Source: Eledone cirrhosa
Taxonomy: Eukaryota
Assembly: GCA_964016885.1 (NCBI GenBank)
Contig: OZ024753.1
Coordinates: forward strand, 5,580,001-5,644,000
Direction: 5' to 3'
Length of the DNA stretch: 64,000 nt
Shown here: piece by piece, positions 13,383-28,635 of the stretch
How the letters are laid out: each line of letters starts with the position of its first letter
Numbering within the stretch: the first letter of the stretch is position 1
Notes under the pieces: generated by a model
What the model saw: only the letters and a program-made list of their open reading frames with translations
What the model was told of the DNA's origin: nothing
Database searches by the model: none
Program-made: the position numbers and the translations under genes

Positions 13383-13810
13383 AACAACCACCAAAACCTA
13401 CACCACCACCACCACCACCACCACCATCACCACTACCTACAAAAACCACCAAAAACTGCACCACCACCACTACCACCACCACCATCACCACTACCTACAA
13501 AAACCACCAAAAACTGCACCACCACCACTACCACCACCACCATCACCACTACCTACAAAAACCACCAAAAACTGCACCACCACCACTACCACCACCACCA
13601 TCACCACTACCTACAAAAACCACCAAAAACTGCACCACCACCACTACCACCACCACCATCACCACTACCTACAAAAACCACCAAAAACTGCACCACCACC
13701 ACTACCACCACCACCATCACCACTACCTACAAAAACCACCAAAACCTACACCACCACCACCACCACCACCACCATCACCACTACCTACAAAAACCACCAA
13801 AAACTGCACC
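13383..13810. repeat. 58-bp minisatellite (~7 copies) within a CCA-rich tract extending to ~14080
   Basis: Unit aaaaaccaccaaaaactgcaccaccaccactaccaccaccaccatcaccactacctac starting at 13441, 13499, 13557, 13615, 13673. Confidence 0.92.
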
Positions 13811-14264
13811 CCCCACCACCACCAACATCAACAGCAACACCACCACCACCACCAGCAACACCACCACCACCACCACCACCACTATACCACCACTATCACC
13901 ACCACCACCACCACCACCACCACTATACCACCACTATCACCACCACCACCACCACCACCACCACTATACCACAACTATCACCACCACCACCACCACCACC
14001 ACTATACCACCACTATCACCACCACCACCACCACCACCACCACCACCACCACCACCACCACACCACCAACAACAACAACAATCCATGTATATATTGCTAG
14101 AATATATGTTGTTTGATACCTTCCAATGGCAACATTAGAAGAACGCGAGATGTTTCTTTTTTTTTGTTGTTGCATAAACCTACGAGGTTTAACTACAGAT
14201 ATAGGAAAGATTGATGGGAATTAACAGATGTTGGATGTGTGAAAAGGATAGCGGTAAATGATAG

Positions 14265-14320
<56 letters not shown>

Positions 14321-14428
14321 TACACACACACGCATACATACACACATACACACACACATGTACATATGTATATGTATGTATGAATATGTGTGTGTGTATG
14401 TATATATTTATGTTTGTATGTATATATG

Positions 14429-14463
<35 letters not shown>

Positions 14464-14604
14464 GGATAAAACATATATATATACATAAGCAGGCACGTAC
14501 AGACACATACACATACACATATCTGCCAATCTACCGATCTATCTAACTATATTTAGATATATAATATGAGGTAAAGTTTACATAAAGCTGCAATTCTTAT
14601 TGTC

Positions 14605-14670
<66 letters not shown>

Positions 14671-14698
14671 ATCAAAAGATGGTTAAAAGAGTTCCATG

Positions 14699-14769
14699 TA
14701 TTTTATTATGCGCATTTCAAAAACAAATATCATCGTGCGATGACATTTGCGTTTTCGTCAGATAAAATA
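14699..14769 (-). ncRNA. type-I hammerhead ribozyme, canonical core
   Basis: TATTTTAT CTGACGA AAACGCAAATGTCATCGCACGATGATATTTGTTTTT GAAA TGCGCA TA ATAAAATA: 8-bp stem I, ~16-bp stem II, palindromic stem III ATGCGCAT, AUA cleavage triplet. Confidence 0.88.
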
Positions 14770-14990
14770 GGGAGACATGATATGAAGGTTAAAAAACACT
14801 TGTGAATAGTGCAGTTTTAAATCAACATATGAAAAGTAGTTTTAGATTGATGTGTGATATTGGGAAAAAATATGAGGGGGGTTGGGGGTTGGTCCTTCCT
14901 GATCCTATAACCATGCCCATTCCGAGGGGTGAGGATCCGCTAAGGTGAAACAATTGTTCTCGGTATGGTGAACTAACTGGTGTGTAACCA

Positions 14991-15095
<105 letters not shown>

Positions 15096-16370
15096 CTATA
15101 TATATTTATATATATATAGAGAGAGATGAATAGATAGATAGACAGACAAACAGACATAAAGATTGATAGATAGATAAACAGAGAAACATACAGATAGATA
15201 AATAAATAGATAGATATATGTATTTTTATGCATATTGATGAATGGAAACATAAAAAGAGAAAGCTTACTTGGTGGAGTAGTGAAACATATTCTAAAATAT
15301 ATTTTTCTTTGAAATATTAAAAAAATATTTTGTAAAAAGTCATAATACAAGTAAGAAAAAATCTGACATGGAGCATCTTAATTCTTTGAAACTGGTTGAA
15401 AAATATATTAATATCAACTTAAGCGAGGCAAATCTCAATATAATTTTCCACAATTAGAAGATCACAGACCCAGATTTAAAAAAAAAAAACGACGTGAAAT
15501 TATTATTTTATAAACTAATAAATTCATGTCGTTGTTATCAACGTTGTTTAGTATCATATCAGCTCTGCTCGTGTAGAGCTACGATCAAAGGCTTTCTTTC
15601 TGTGACCATCCCGCCTTATTAACCGTATCAATGCTTATGTTATAGAATGTCTCCTTTCATGTTTTATTTTATTTTTAAAAAAATGTTAACGAGTTATGGT
15701 ATATGACAATTGTCCAAGATGTCATGCAGTGAGATAGAACCCGAGACTTAATGAATGCGAAAGAATTTCTTTCATCACAAACATAGTTAAAAAAATTTAG
15801 TTTGTATTAATATTAATATTATTAATACAGTAATCTGTACAATTTTTATAAATAAAATGATGTCGAACTTATATAAGGGTTTCTGAAAAAGCAATGGAAT
15901 AATTTTTAATAAATTTATAAAGAATTGTTCTAAATTTTCTCAAAATGCCCTTGTAAAACCAGAGGGCATCTTATACGAAGGGGTGTCTCATAGGCCAGCA
16001 AATACTATATAAAATTAAACACAATATCTCTATACTTGGGTAAAAATTGCCCACAAAATACGTATTAAGCTAGAGTCGCTCTACATTATATCAAAACTTA
16101 AATAAATGTTATTGATAATAAATGTTGTATTGCACGGGAGCAAAATTATGAAAGAAAGAATTTCGTGTTTCTTTTATATATATATAAAGATCCTCAAATC
16201 AACCGCACACATTGTGATATAATATATATTGCAGATTTGCATATATAACGCATATATGTTCAAGTTATAGATTACAGATACGTTAAGTCTTTTGTTATAT
16301 ACATATACATACATAAAAACACACAAATATATAAACGTATTCATATATATACATATATACATACATTCAA

Positions 16371-16403
<33 letters not shown>

Positions 16404-17562
16404 CACACATTAACAAAGATACATATATATATGTGTGTATATAAACTTTTTGCTGTGCATACATATATTTGTGTATGTGCAGCACTATATGCATGTTTGT
16501 ATGCGTGTATGTATGTATGTTTGTATGTGTTTATATGCATTCACGTACGTATACATTCCTGTGTGTATGTATATGTATAATCTTCCAGTTCGTATGTGTG
16601 TGTGCTTGGCCTTTTGTACAAGATGAAACTCATTTCTCGTTATCTCAGAAAGACTGTCATTTTTCTATACAGACAGGGATTTGTCTTTCATTCGCTTAAC
16701 GCCACAAAAACCAAGATAAATCACTGTCCCAGATATCAGAATAAGATAATACGTTAAAAAATTGATGGAATAATTCTTCTGCCTGTCAATGGACTGTTAA
16801 CCATATAGTTTCAGTTTTATTTTCTCATTTTATTTTTTATAACAGTGTTTCGATAAAAAAAGAAAAAAAGATTCCGTGAGAATAAATAAAGTGAAGTGTA
16901 AGTATAAGTATACTTCTTGTGTTATTAATAGTCTTGAAGTATTTTGATAGCTGTATTAATGGAAAGACATGAACACATGTGATAGCGTCAATCTCTTGAA
17001 TGAACGCTGGCTGGCATTCACTGATTTGTGACATAACAAGTTTAAGATCGGAGAAAATTCAGAGCAGCAAATAAAACAAGATTAGATGCGACTTCTTTGA
17101 AAGTAACCACAAAGAAAAGATACTGACTGACTGAAGAAAACGTCGTCCAATTGAAATAGTCTGGCAACGAGTTCTCATGGGCCCAGCTTCACTCCAAATT
17201 TGTTTGTCCTTGTTGGTAGTGTTCTAAAGAGCCTAGAACTCTTCATTTGTCACCCTTGAGACAAAAAAAAAAATGAATAAAGAGTAGTGGATTGACAGAA
17301 TTACTAGGGTCTCGGGAAAAATACATTTTGGTATTCATCCCGCCTCTTTACGTTCTGAGCTCCAAACTATCCTCTTTTTGGTAATAAATCCGACTCCTAA
17401 CGTTTTGGGTTCTGAATGATGTCTTCTATTATTCTGATTTCATAGAATAACATACCAGTCAAGGACTGGAATGGATTAAATTGACTAACCCTCTTTTCTC
17501 GAAATTTGTGGTTTTGTGCTAACGAAATAAATCACTATAATTATTATAGTTGTTATTTTAAA

Positions 17563-17750
17563 GGTTCGTGGCTTAGTCGTTAGGAGGTTGGGCTTACAAT
17601 CATAAGATCATAGGTTCGATTCACAGGCTGAGCTGCGTATTGTGTACTTGAGCACAGCATTTTATTCCACATTGGTTCAGTCCACGCAACTGTAAAAAAA
17701 AAAATAGGAGTAGCTGTGATACTGGGGATAAGTTGTACCAGCCATTCCCT
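17563..17750 (+). mobile_element. tRNA-derived SINE, family B (tRNA head plus CORE-like tgtgtacttgagca.agca.tttatt segment)
   Basis: A-box gtggcttagtcg and B-box ggttcgattc; similar to 28747-29030. Confidence 0.7.
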
Positions 17751-18276
17751 TTTTTCTTTGATAACCACCAGCAGCACTACCACCACCAGCACCACCACCA
17801 ATACCACTACCACCAACACCACCACCACAGCAATAACAATAACTAAGATAAAATAACAACAGCAACTACGAGAAAATAACAACAATAACTACGAAACAAC
17901 AACAGCAATAACTACGAGAAAAATAAAAGCAGCAACAACAATAACTACGAGACAATAACAACAACAATAACTACGAGACAACAACAACAACAACAATAAC
18001 TACGAGACAACAACAACAGCAATATCGTAGACGTTGCGTCTTATTTTTACTGCCAAAATAATTAATGGTAAACGAAAGTTTTGTTTGGTGGGTGGAAAAT
18101 TGTGGGAATAGTTCCATGTTGTTAACAGACTGGTCAGTGGTTTATATAACTTATATATATGTGGTTGTAATAGTGGAGGAGCGTAGCCTAGTGGTAAGGG
18201 TGTTGGATTGGGAACGATGTAATCACAGTATATATATTCTCTTAGTTGTTTCTTGAAACTCGGGATCGTCTATACC

Positions 18277-18350
18277 AGAGGTTCTCAAACGTTTTGGGCC
18301 ACAGCACCCCCACGACCACATAATACCCTCAGCGCCGCACCCCTATTTCC
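18277..18350. mobile_element. possible hAT/Charlie-like terminal fragment
   Basis: CAGAGGTTCTCAAAC resembles the hAT-Charlie TIR start CAGTGGTTCTCAAAC; partner TIR not found. Confidence 0.4.
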
Positions 18351-18761
18351 AGAGAGACCTGCCTACACACAAATTGTAAATAATATATAATAAATAAAAT
18401 CGTTATTTTATATATAATAAATAATATAATATATACTATGTATAAATAAATATTATATTAATATGTATCATTTGATATTTAATATTCTATTATATCACAC
18501 AGACACGCGTACACACACACACACGCACATACATACAGACTCACACACATACACACACAATCTCTCCCACCATGCTGTTTTTACATAGAAACGAATACGC
18601 ATACAGATACAGATACACACATATACATATACACGCGCGCATGGACAAACGCATATCTCTGCATTAAAAACGAAATTACTATCCCGACCCAACCCAACCC
18701 CATCATTCCCGAAAGCAACAAAGAGCCAATACTAGAAACAGAAGCTACAATATCCCCGAAC

Positions 18762-18905
18762 TTAAAAAACCTACAAAAAATCTTATAAAATAATATATCA
18801 AAAACACTATTTAAAAACCTACAAAAAAGCCTTATAAAAATATATTAAAAACATGATTTAAAAACCTACAAAAAACCTTATAAAATAATATATTAAAAAC
18901 AAAAT
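18762..18905. repeat. ~47-bp tandem repeat, 3 copies
   Basis: ttaaaaacctacaaaaaa..cttataaaa.aatatat.aaaaaca repeated. Confidence 0.85.
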
Positions 18906-20653
18906 TAAAAAAAACCCAAGAAAGACATCGTGAGAAGAAAGAAATGTTGTGAGATAAACCCAGTCAGTTTTCCCCAATGTTATAAAACAAGTAATAGGAC
19001 AAACAGAAAAAAGCAATTTAATGTAGTAACATTTGCCAGGAGATAATTTAGGAAGGTCACCTGGGAAATTTGGTTTTCAGTCGGCCTAATTTAAATGAAG
19101 TTCAACACTGAAAAAGAACAGAAACTGATTGAACTAATACAAATAATAATCAATAAAAAGTATGTCTGTATTTATATGAGTGTAGGAAAGTCTGTTTGGC
19201 TAAAAGGTTTGTTTGCAAATATGCCTGGGGTTGACCAACATGTTTTGAGTGGAATTTCATAGACGGATACTGCAAATGAATTGTTGGCATCAACACGCAT
19301 ATACACACACATACAGACACGCATGCTGTCGCACATACGCATGCACAAACACACAAACATACACACACATACAGAGGTACACATGCTGTCGCACATACAC
19401 ACGCACGCAAACATACATGCGCACATACACACATACGTGCGCGCGACACACACACACATACATACACATGCATATTAAACGAATCACTAGCAGGTATAGA
19501 ATAATTGAAATCTAGGGCTGACAAGCATGAGTTTTAGTAAACGGAAATGTTTCGGGTTGTTTCGGTTAGCAGGCATTGTGGGTAAAACAAGGCTGCATAA
19601 ACACACACGTTTATTTATTTTATGTAAAGCTCAAGATAACACAATTACGTCAAGTAATAAAGAAAGGTCTTTATATAACGAAGACATATCAAAATATGTA
19701 TTAAGATATACAGTTATATGGGGTACACTCAAGAGGTTTTCGGACTTTTATCAGAGGGATATTTAATTAACTCAGAAAACCAGTACTTCTTGCTTTACGA
19801 CGCTCACTGCACTAAACAATAAATATTGACCATACATACACTTTAAGAGGAGGTCTAGTCGACCAAATCGATCCTCAGAACGTGACAGCCGGTCCGTCCC
19901 CAGGCTTTAATGCTCGGAGTGGGAGGGACAACAGAACATTCTAGATAGGCGCTATGATTCGCAATAATTCTAAAACGGAATTTATGAACAAATATATCAC
20001 TCTAAATTTTCTAAATCTGTGAGATAGAGCGGAAAAGCCATCCTATTCCTCCATCCCTCATCATGGTGATGGACCCGCTTGACTGATACTTTATTTTATC
20101 GAACCTGGAAAGAATAAGGGCGGGAGGTTGCTGTAGAGAATTTTGTTTGTAACACACACGGTCAAGAGGTTTGGTGCTTTTTATCCTGCTTAGCTTTGGT
20201 GATAGGTACATTCACTGACCATGAGTTATAAGAGTGCAGTAAGATTGATCCACTGTAGCTTTGAATAATCTAACTTTTTTTAGGGTTATGTTAGATCTCC
20301 ACATCTAATCCAGAGAGAATTGTAAGCAAATAAATCAAATAAAAATATTCATTTCTGACTCTGACATAAAGAGCTACCATACTCGGGTAAATCAACCTCC
20401 GGACTTTATTACTTACTTTGCTATGACGAAATACAGTACAAACGATAACGGCCAAATTTGAACTTGGAATGTAAAGGGTCGTAACTTAATATCATAAGGC
20501 AATATGTTAGGCAATCTAATGTTTCTGCTGCTCCACTGCTCTTCGTAAATTGAATATCGATTTCATACAATCTATAAAGACTGTGGAATACATACATACA
20601 TAATACCATACAGACACATATACGTATAAATATAAATACATACATACACACAC

Positions 20654-20937
<284 letters not shown>

Positions 20938-21252
20938 CAAGGAATAATTTCGTTTCAGCTCCATAAGTACTTTGGACTCGGACCAAGGAAATTAGAACTT
21001 TCTGCTATGAATCCTAGTCGAAAGGAAAATATTTCTGGCAAACACTTACCCGGCAAGAAATAGAATTATCATTGCATCTATCTTTTAATAAAAATTCAAT
21101 TAGATAGTGCAAAACTGGAAATTATGAAATGCTTAGAAATATTAATAACACTTCGTCTAAATACGTATGATAAACTTAGGATAAACATAGGTTATCATAT
21201 TTGATTAAGAAGACGAGAAACATGAAAGTGTGATATCAGAGTGATAGGAGAG

Positions 21253-21337
<85 letters not shown>

Positions 21338-21404
21338 AGTGGTTTCCATTTATAGTATCGCACATAATGCTTTCCCTATTAATACACAGAAAAAGATGAT
21401 GGAT

Positions 21405-21600
21405 ACGCAGAATCGTATGTACGTCGCATGAAATGCATAGTAGTAGTTCGTTACATCCCTTTACGTTCTGAGTTCAAATCCTGCCGAGGTTAGCTTTGCC
21501 TTCCATCCTTATGGGGTCGATAAAATAAAGCCCCAGTAACACAGAGGTCAATTCATTCGACTTTCCCTACCCCACAAAAATTGTTGGCTTATTTATTTAG
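21405..21600 (+). mobile_element. SINE family A
   Basis: ctttacgttctgagttcaaatcctgccgaggttagctttgccttccatccttatggggtcgataaaataaag. Confidence 0.85.
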
Positions 21601-22454
21601 TTTTTGGAACATAACTTAACAAAAATCCATACGTAAAATTATGATGGAAGTTTTTTTTTTAGATAAATATATGCTCTTTAAGACAAGGTTTTGTGTCAAT
21701 GTATCCAAGTCAGTCACAGTCATTTTTGATATCAAAAGGGTTAATTGAATTAAATTCTATAAATATTTTGCCCAGTTCTTTATTAATTCAGCCATTTACC
21801 ATTCTCAATTTTAAAGCAAGATTGATAATAGCCTAGAAATCAAATATTTGGTATAAGAAGATATGTGTGTACACAAATACAGACAGAAATTATATAATGA
21901 ATATTATAGCTGCATAAGATTATTATTAGAAGAACGAACGAAATAAGAAAGAAAAATGATAATTGATATAAACACACTCTATATCCCAGTAATTAGTTAG
22001 ATTTGTCGTAATACGTTGGAAATTAAGTTTAGGAACGGAGAGGAAAACAAAGAAACTTATGTAAGTATATATAATAGACTATCATTAAATTCCTGATAGA
22101 CAGGATATTTTTGCCAAATATTTAAAGAGAGAGAGGACTAGTACAAATACATAATTATTATAAAATAACTTCGATAGAACTAGCAAGTAAGCAACAAATA
22201 AAAAATATGAGTAGGTTTAATAAACTGTTTGAATTGTCGAGGGAAAAAAACATGACAAAAATACTAAACACTACTTACTACTACGTATACATCAGAGAGG
22301 CTGGGAATGTATTAAAAAAATATAAAGTTTACGAAGACAAACGATTTAGGGAGAGAGACATTACAAGTTAAATAAGCAAAACAATTATTATGAAACCAAA
22401 ACTGGAAGATACATCATCGATATCAAGGCGGTCAGAAAATATAATAGTTTATAT

Positions 22455-22810
22455 ACGAGGACAGGCTAAAATGTTCATAGGCTGAAAGATTCATAGGCTG
22501 ATATGTTCATTGACTGAAAAGTTCATAGGTTGAAAAGTTCATAGGCTAAAATATTCGTAGGCTTAAACGTTCATAGGCTGAAATGTTTATAGAGCAAGAT
22601 ATTCTCATGGAATGACCAAATGAGGTTTATTTTTCAACATAGTCCCAGGAAAAAAAACAATGCAGTTATTAATAAGAAGAGATGAAATTAATGTACGCAA
22701 AGTTTCACAGCTTTAGCATCACTCCTTCATAGACTGACCAAAATATTCTCATGGAATGACCAAATGCGTATTATTTTTCAAAATAATCCCTGGAAAGAAA
22801 CAATGCAGTA
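22455..22810 (+). mobile_element. mariner-type MITE (TACGAGGG.. TIR) with amplified 16-bp TIR motif and partial tandem duplication
   Basis: tacgagg start, about eight gctgaaaagttcatag-like units, body shared with 26918-27175, 47118-47305 and 48859-48951. Confidence 0.8.
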
Positions 22811-22990
22811 CACTCAGCTGAAAATGTGTACCAGCAGCAATATCGAGGGGGGGGGGGGGGGGTTTAACCCTGCGCTGGACTGGCGTCCTGTCCAGAGGGG
22901 AGTCTTGTACTCTCAGTCACATCACACCATAGAAACCGGGATAAACATTGACCTGATGAGCCTCTGGGTTCAAGACCGACCTTTTAATCT
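22806..22990 (+). mobile_element. SINE family B, 3' part
   Basis: aaccctgcgctggactggcgtcctgtccagaggggagtcttgtactctcagtc..agaaaccgggataa..ctgatgagcc. Confidence 0.8.
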
Positions 22991-23351
22991 TATGTGCTTT
23001 TCAGTTGTTTTAATGTGTTGTTGGGTTTCTTTCCAGTTATGGTTGACTATGTTTGAAATAATATTATCTTATCATTTTCCATCTCTTCTCCTTAACTAAG
23101 CATCTTTTTATTGTGCTGATTTAAAAAAAAAATCTTTTCTTCAATATCCTCCCTACTTCAGTGCACTTGAATTTCCGTTCATGTGGGACCCTTCTCTTGT
23201 GTTATAATATTTTTCTTTATAAAATGACCTTGTTAAATCTTTTGTTATTTCATTCAAATACATTTTCTCCGGAAGAAACGCTTACATTTTTCGATGCGCC
23301 TTGATTTGTTTAAGCTATGATTTATAGAAGCCATTCTTTTGCTACCGCAGG

Positions 23352-23416
<65 letters not shown>

Positions 23417-23636
23417 ATTTAGCATTCCCCACCAATCATTTTAATATACATTTCTATGTACAGTCCTACACGTTTTTCTAACACCTTTTGTAACATGGTA
23501 TTGTCTGTATGTGTGTACGAATATAAATGTAAAGAATTATTATTATTAATATCGTTATCATCATCGTCATCATCATAATCACCACCATGTTTATTATTAT
23601 TTATATCGTTATCATCATCATCATCTACACCATCTC

Positions 23637-23727
<91 letters not shown>

Positions 23728-24181
23728 ACAGCTACTTTATATTGTCAAGAGGCTAACAGGATGCTTTCGTCTTATAATAGCTGCGGGAATCTTAAAGAGC
23801 GTGTTCCATCTAATTATTATTTTACTTCTTTCCTCTTGGTTTGACCTTTTCTCACCAGAGTTTATTTTGGTAAAAACATCTTTTATCTTCAGCTGACACT
23901 TGAGTAAGCTTGTGGCATCATTGAACCCTACTGAACACATTCTTCGTGATAGACACCATCAAATAATCTACACTATGTACAGGATTGTATGCGAGAATCA
24001 ATGTATAAAAACGCGTATGTATGTATGTATGTATGTATGTATGTATGTATGTATGTATGTATGTATGTATGTATGTATGTATGTATGTATGTATGTATAA
24101 GTATAAATAGCAACAAGTCTTTGTATATGTATATAGATACATACATACACATCCACACACACACATATATATATACACGTG

Positions 24182-24223
<42 letters not shown>

Positions 24224-24791
24224 TATATATATGTATGTTTGTAAGCATATATATGTATGAGTATGTAGGTATATATATATACATATATATGAATGTATAT
24301 GTGTATATAAATCTATAAATATATATATATATAAGCGGGTATGAGGTGTGTGGGCGTGTGAGTGTGCACCAATGAGTGTATGTGCGTGCATATGATCGTG
24401 TGAGAGTGTATTTTTCAGCAAAACGAGATGTTCTTTCTCTGCTTCGTTACTCTCGGCTAAACATTGATACATACACACATAGGGAAAGCACAAATACTCA
24501 TATACTCTCATATATTATACAAATTCTTACACCACATGCACATACAAACAACGAAAATGGAAACATATATTATATATATAATACACTTATATTCGGCAGA
24601 GCGCGCCATATATAAATTAATAAAAACAATGAATAAAAACAAAGAAACAGTTCCTTATATAAAAAAATTCATAATTTTACGATCGTTTCTAGGATATATA
24701 TGTGTGTGTTGGTATGTATATCATATAGATCTATGTAAAAATTTTACAAACTATCAGAGGGAATATACATACCTACATTTATATATATATT

Positions 24792-24822
<31 letters not shown>

Positions 24823-24858
24823 ATATATACGTATATATATACACATATATATATATAC

Positions 24859-24937
<79 letters not shown>

Positions 24938-24943
24938 TAATTA

Positions 24944-24989
<46 letters not shown>

Positions 24990-25306
24990 TAATTATATTT
25001 ATATATATATATATTTATATATATATACATACATACATACATATATTGTATATATAAAGATATATATAAGTGTATTATATATATAAATGTTTCCATCACA
25101 AAACCTAATACCATATATATATATATATATATATATATATGGTATTAGGATTTGTGCTCTGAAATAGCGATGTATACATGAATGTATGTATAGTATATTT
25201 GGCAATATACCGTATGTTTAATTAAAAACATTTAGAAGACCATACGCTATCAGTTTTAAAGTAGTGACTATGTCACTTACTTCTTTTCGGCGAAAGAAGG
25301 AGGAGA

Positions 25307-25348
25307 AGCTGATAGTCTGTTTCACGCTGGTTAGCATTCATCAGAGCC
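25307..25348 (-). ncRNA. minimal type-I hammerhead ribozyme motif
   Basis: GGCT CTGATGA ATGCT AACC AGCGT GAAA CAGACTA TC AGCT: intact core, 5-bp stem II, 4-bp stem I, one stem III mismatch, AUC triplet. Confidence 0.72.
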
Positions 25349-25681
25349 ACGTACTCCACTGCATTCGCCGAAAATTATAGAAGCTGGATTCTTATAGAAT
25401 TCCAGTAATAATCAAGAGTTGATTATACACAACGATTGCCGGTCCAGCAAAAATTAGGTATTAGGATTGGTGTTCTGAAATAGCGATGTATACGTGAATG
25501 TATGTATAAGTATATTTGGCAATATACCGTATGTTTAATTAAAACATTTCTAATATACATTTCTATAAACATATATATATATGTATATATATGTATGTAT
25601 ATATGTATGTATATATGTATGTATGTATGTATATATATATAAATATCATCTTGGTTAAGAGAGTGGGACTGGCTTTGTGCA

Positions 25682-26057
<376 letters not shown>

Positions 26058-26243
26058 TTATACATATATATACAAAAAAAAACCAATGTAAAGTTACAGA
26101 CAAAATCAGAAACACATACACACAAATTCTTAAGATCCCTTTCGTTGTAAATTAAGTGATTTCGTTTCCGGTCTTCATCTTGTTTGACGAGTTTACTTTA
26201 TCGAGAAACATAACGGTCGTTAATATTTACATTCACACACATC

Positions 26244-26423
<180 letters not shown>

Positions 26424-26917
26424 GAAACACTAACATACACAAAACACACGTTTATACACACGCACGTTTATATGCCTATATGTGTACAAACTTAATAAAC
26501 ACATACATACACACATACATATATATACATTCATACATATATATATATGCACACACACACACACACATATATATATATACATACTTACATATATATATAT
26601 ATATACACATACATACATAACACATACACACATACATTCATAGAAGCATTGTGTATATATATGCACATACATACAATTTGACTCAAGCCCAAAACGCATT
26701 AATAAAGAGGCAAAACAGATTACTAAAGGTCAACTGTTCATCTGAACCTACAGACGAACAGTCCTGCCCTAAACAACATTCCAAATAGTAATACATGGTA
26801 CTACAACAACGGCAACAACAACACCAATGCCAAAAACGATGTAGTCAGACAGAAGTTAATTGTAGGCTATCAAAACTGACTTCTCCGTATTTCATTTAGA
26901 GTTCGTACCTACCACTG

Positions 26918-27175
26918 TACAAGGGTCTACTGAAAAGTTCATAGGTTGACCAAGATACTCTCATGGAATGACCAAATGAGGTTTATTTTTCAACATAGTC
27001 TCTGGAAAGAAACAATGCAGTTATTAATAATTTCAGTTGACGTTAACGCAAGCAAGATTTCACAGCTCTAGCATCACTCCTTCATAGGCTGACCAAGATT
27101 CTCTCATAGAATGACTAAATGTGGTTTGTATTTAACAGCTCTAGCATCACTCCTTCATAGGCTGAAAAGTTCATA
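26918..27175 (+). mobile_element. mariner-type MITE, rearranged copy
   Basis: tacaagggtctactgaaaagttcataggttgaccaagatactctcatggaatgaccaaatgagg... Confidence 0.8.
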
Positions 27176-27312
27176 TAGTTACGGCCCTTTCTTTACGTTC
27201 TGAGTTCAAATCCCGCCGAGGTCAACTTTCATCCTTACGGGGTCGATAAAATAAAGCACCAGTAATGCACTGGGGTAATTGCTAACCTTGTGCCAAAAGT
27301 AGAAACAATTAT
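27176..27312 (+). mobile_element. SINE family A
   Basis: Core motif match. Confidence 0.85.
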
Positions 27313-28635
27313 TTCTTGTCTGCTGTGATTTCGAAGTCTGTTTTGATTTGGTTGTTTGTAAAACTACCTTCTGCACAAATTGTCTGGATGTTTGTTGATC
27401 GACCGAACGCTATGTAGAATTGCAAAAGATATCACACTATAGGATCGAACCGGAATCTCATGGTTAAGAAATACAGAGAACTATACGGCATCAGGATGAA
27501 ACGTTGAAAATCAGTCCATTTTATACAAATATCAGAAAATAGCCTTTGCACCAAAGACCGGATGTAATCAATGAATTAACCGGAAATTACTTAAAAGGTA
27601 GCAATTCAAACGACACAAAAGCGACTTACAAGACTTTCAATCTCCTGATCTATGTGTCAGCAATCACATTGCTATCTTATAGCAAATAAAATGTGAAACA
27701 ACACAAACAAGATATAGCTAGAACAGTAGATCTAAAAAAAAAAGTAGAATATTATTTCTATGAATAAAAAGGTGGTGGATTCATACACAGACACGGATGG
27801 ACACACACACACACACATAGAGACACACAAATTGCGTTAACTTTAACGACAACCCTTTGTTTTAAATGAATAAACATTGTTTGTCTCTGATCGAGACGAA
27901 GCGAGAATATATTTGAATTCATAGAAAAATGAGGAGGTTCAACGCTAGAACAGCTGTTAAAAGAGTTAAATGCTGTCAATGACAGTTTTCGTATTTTTTC
28001 TATGAATCTCTTTTGTATTTTACATTATATCCTTTATATCTGTTCATCTTTGTTGAGAATTAAGAATTGGTTCAGAGAAACAATGTAAAGAAATGTATAA
28101 ATAGGTATATGATGTAGGGATGTAGAGAATTTTAAAGCGACGAAGTGAGTAAAGTAAAAAGAAAAAAAAAGAAAATATGACATGTTTCAACATTTTGAAA
28201 ATTAAAAAAAAAATCAAGATATCATTATTGAAATTTATCTTCCAATGCGATCTACAGCGTGGTCGTTTTTATTCATTTTCCCTAAGTTTCTTTAAGATAT
28301 CAGCGATATTAATATTAAAGCTTCGAAATATTAAAAAAAAATATTTCTTTCGTCGTTTTTAATACTTAAGCTAACAATCACAGAAATAAACTGACGTCTT
28401 TGTGTCTCTGGAAATCTTTTGAAATATTTTTTATTGTTTCATTCATTTTAAAAATAAATTGTTGACAAGATATACGAAACATTGACACTTCAATGAATAA
28501 AAAACTACCCCCCCCCCCCCGAAAAAAAGAATGAAACAAAAAAAAAACTCTGAAAATTGTTTGTTGAGCTAATTTTAATATCTGATAACGAAAGTAAAAT
28601 TCTACGTTATCTCGCAGATATACTTAAACAAGTAA

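Noticed and set aside
13303-14100. 265-aa Pro/Thr/His-rich ORF
   Set aside because: The 58-bp unit is not a multiple of 3, so the peptide cycles through frames; it is a minisatellite
17125-17165. CTGAAGA...GAAATAGTC motif
   Set aside because: Stems I and II do not pair
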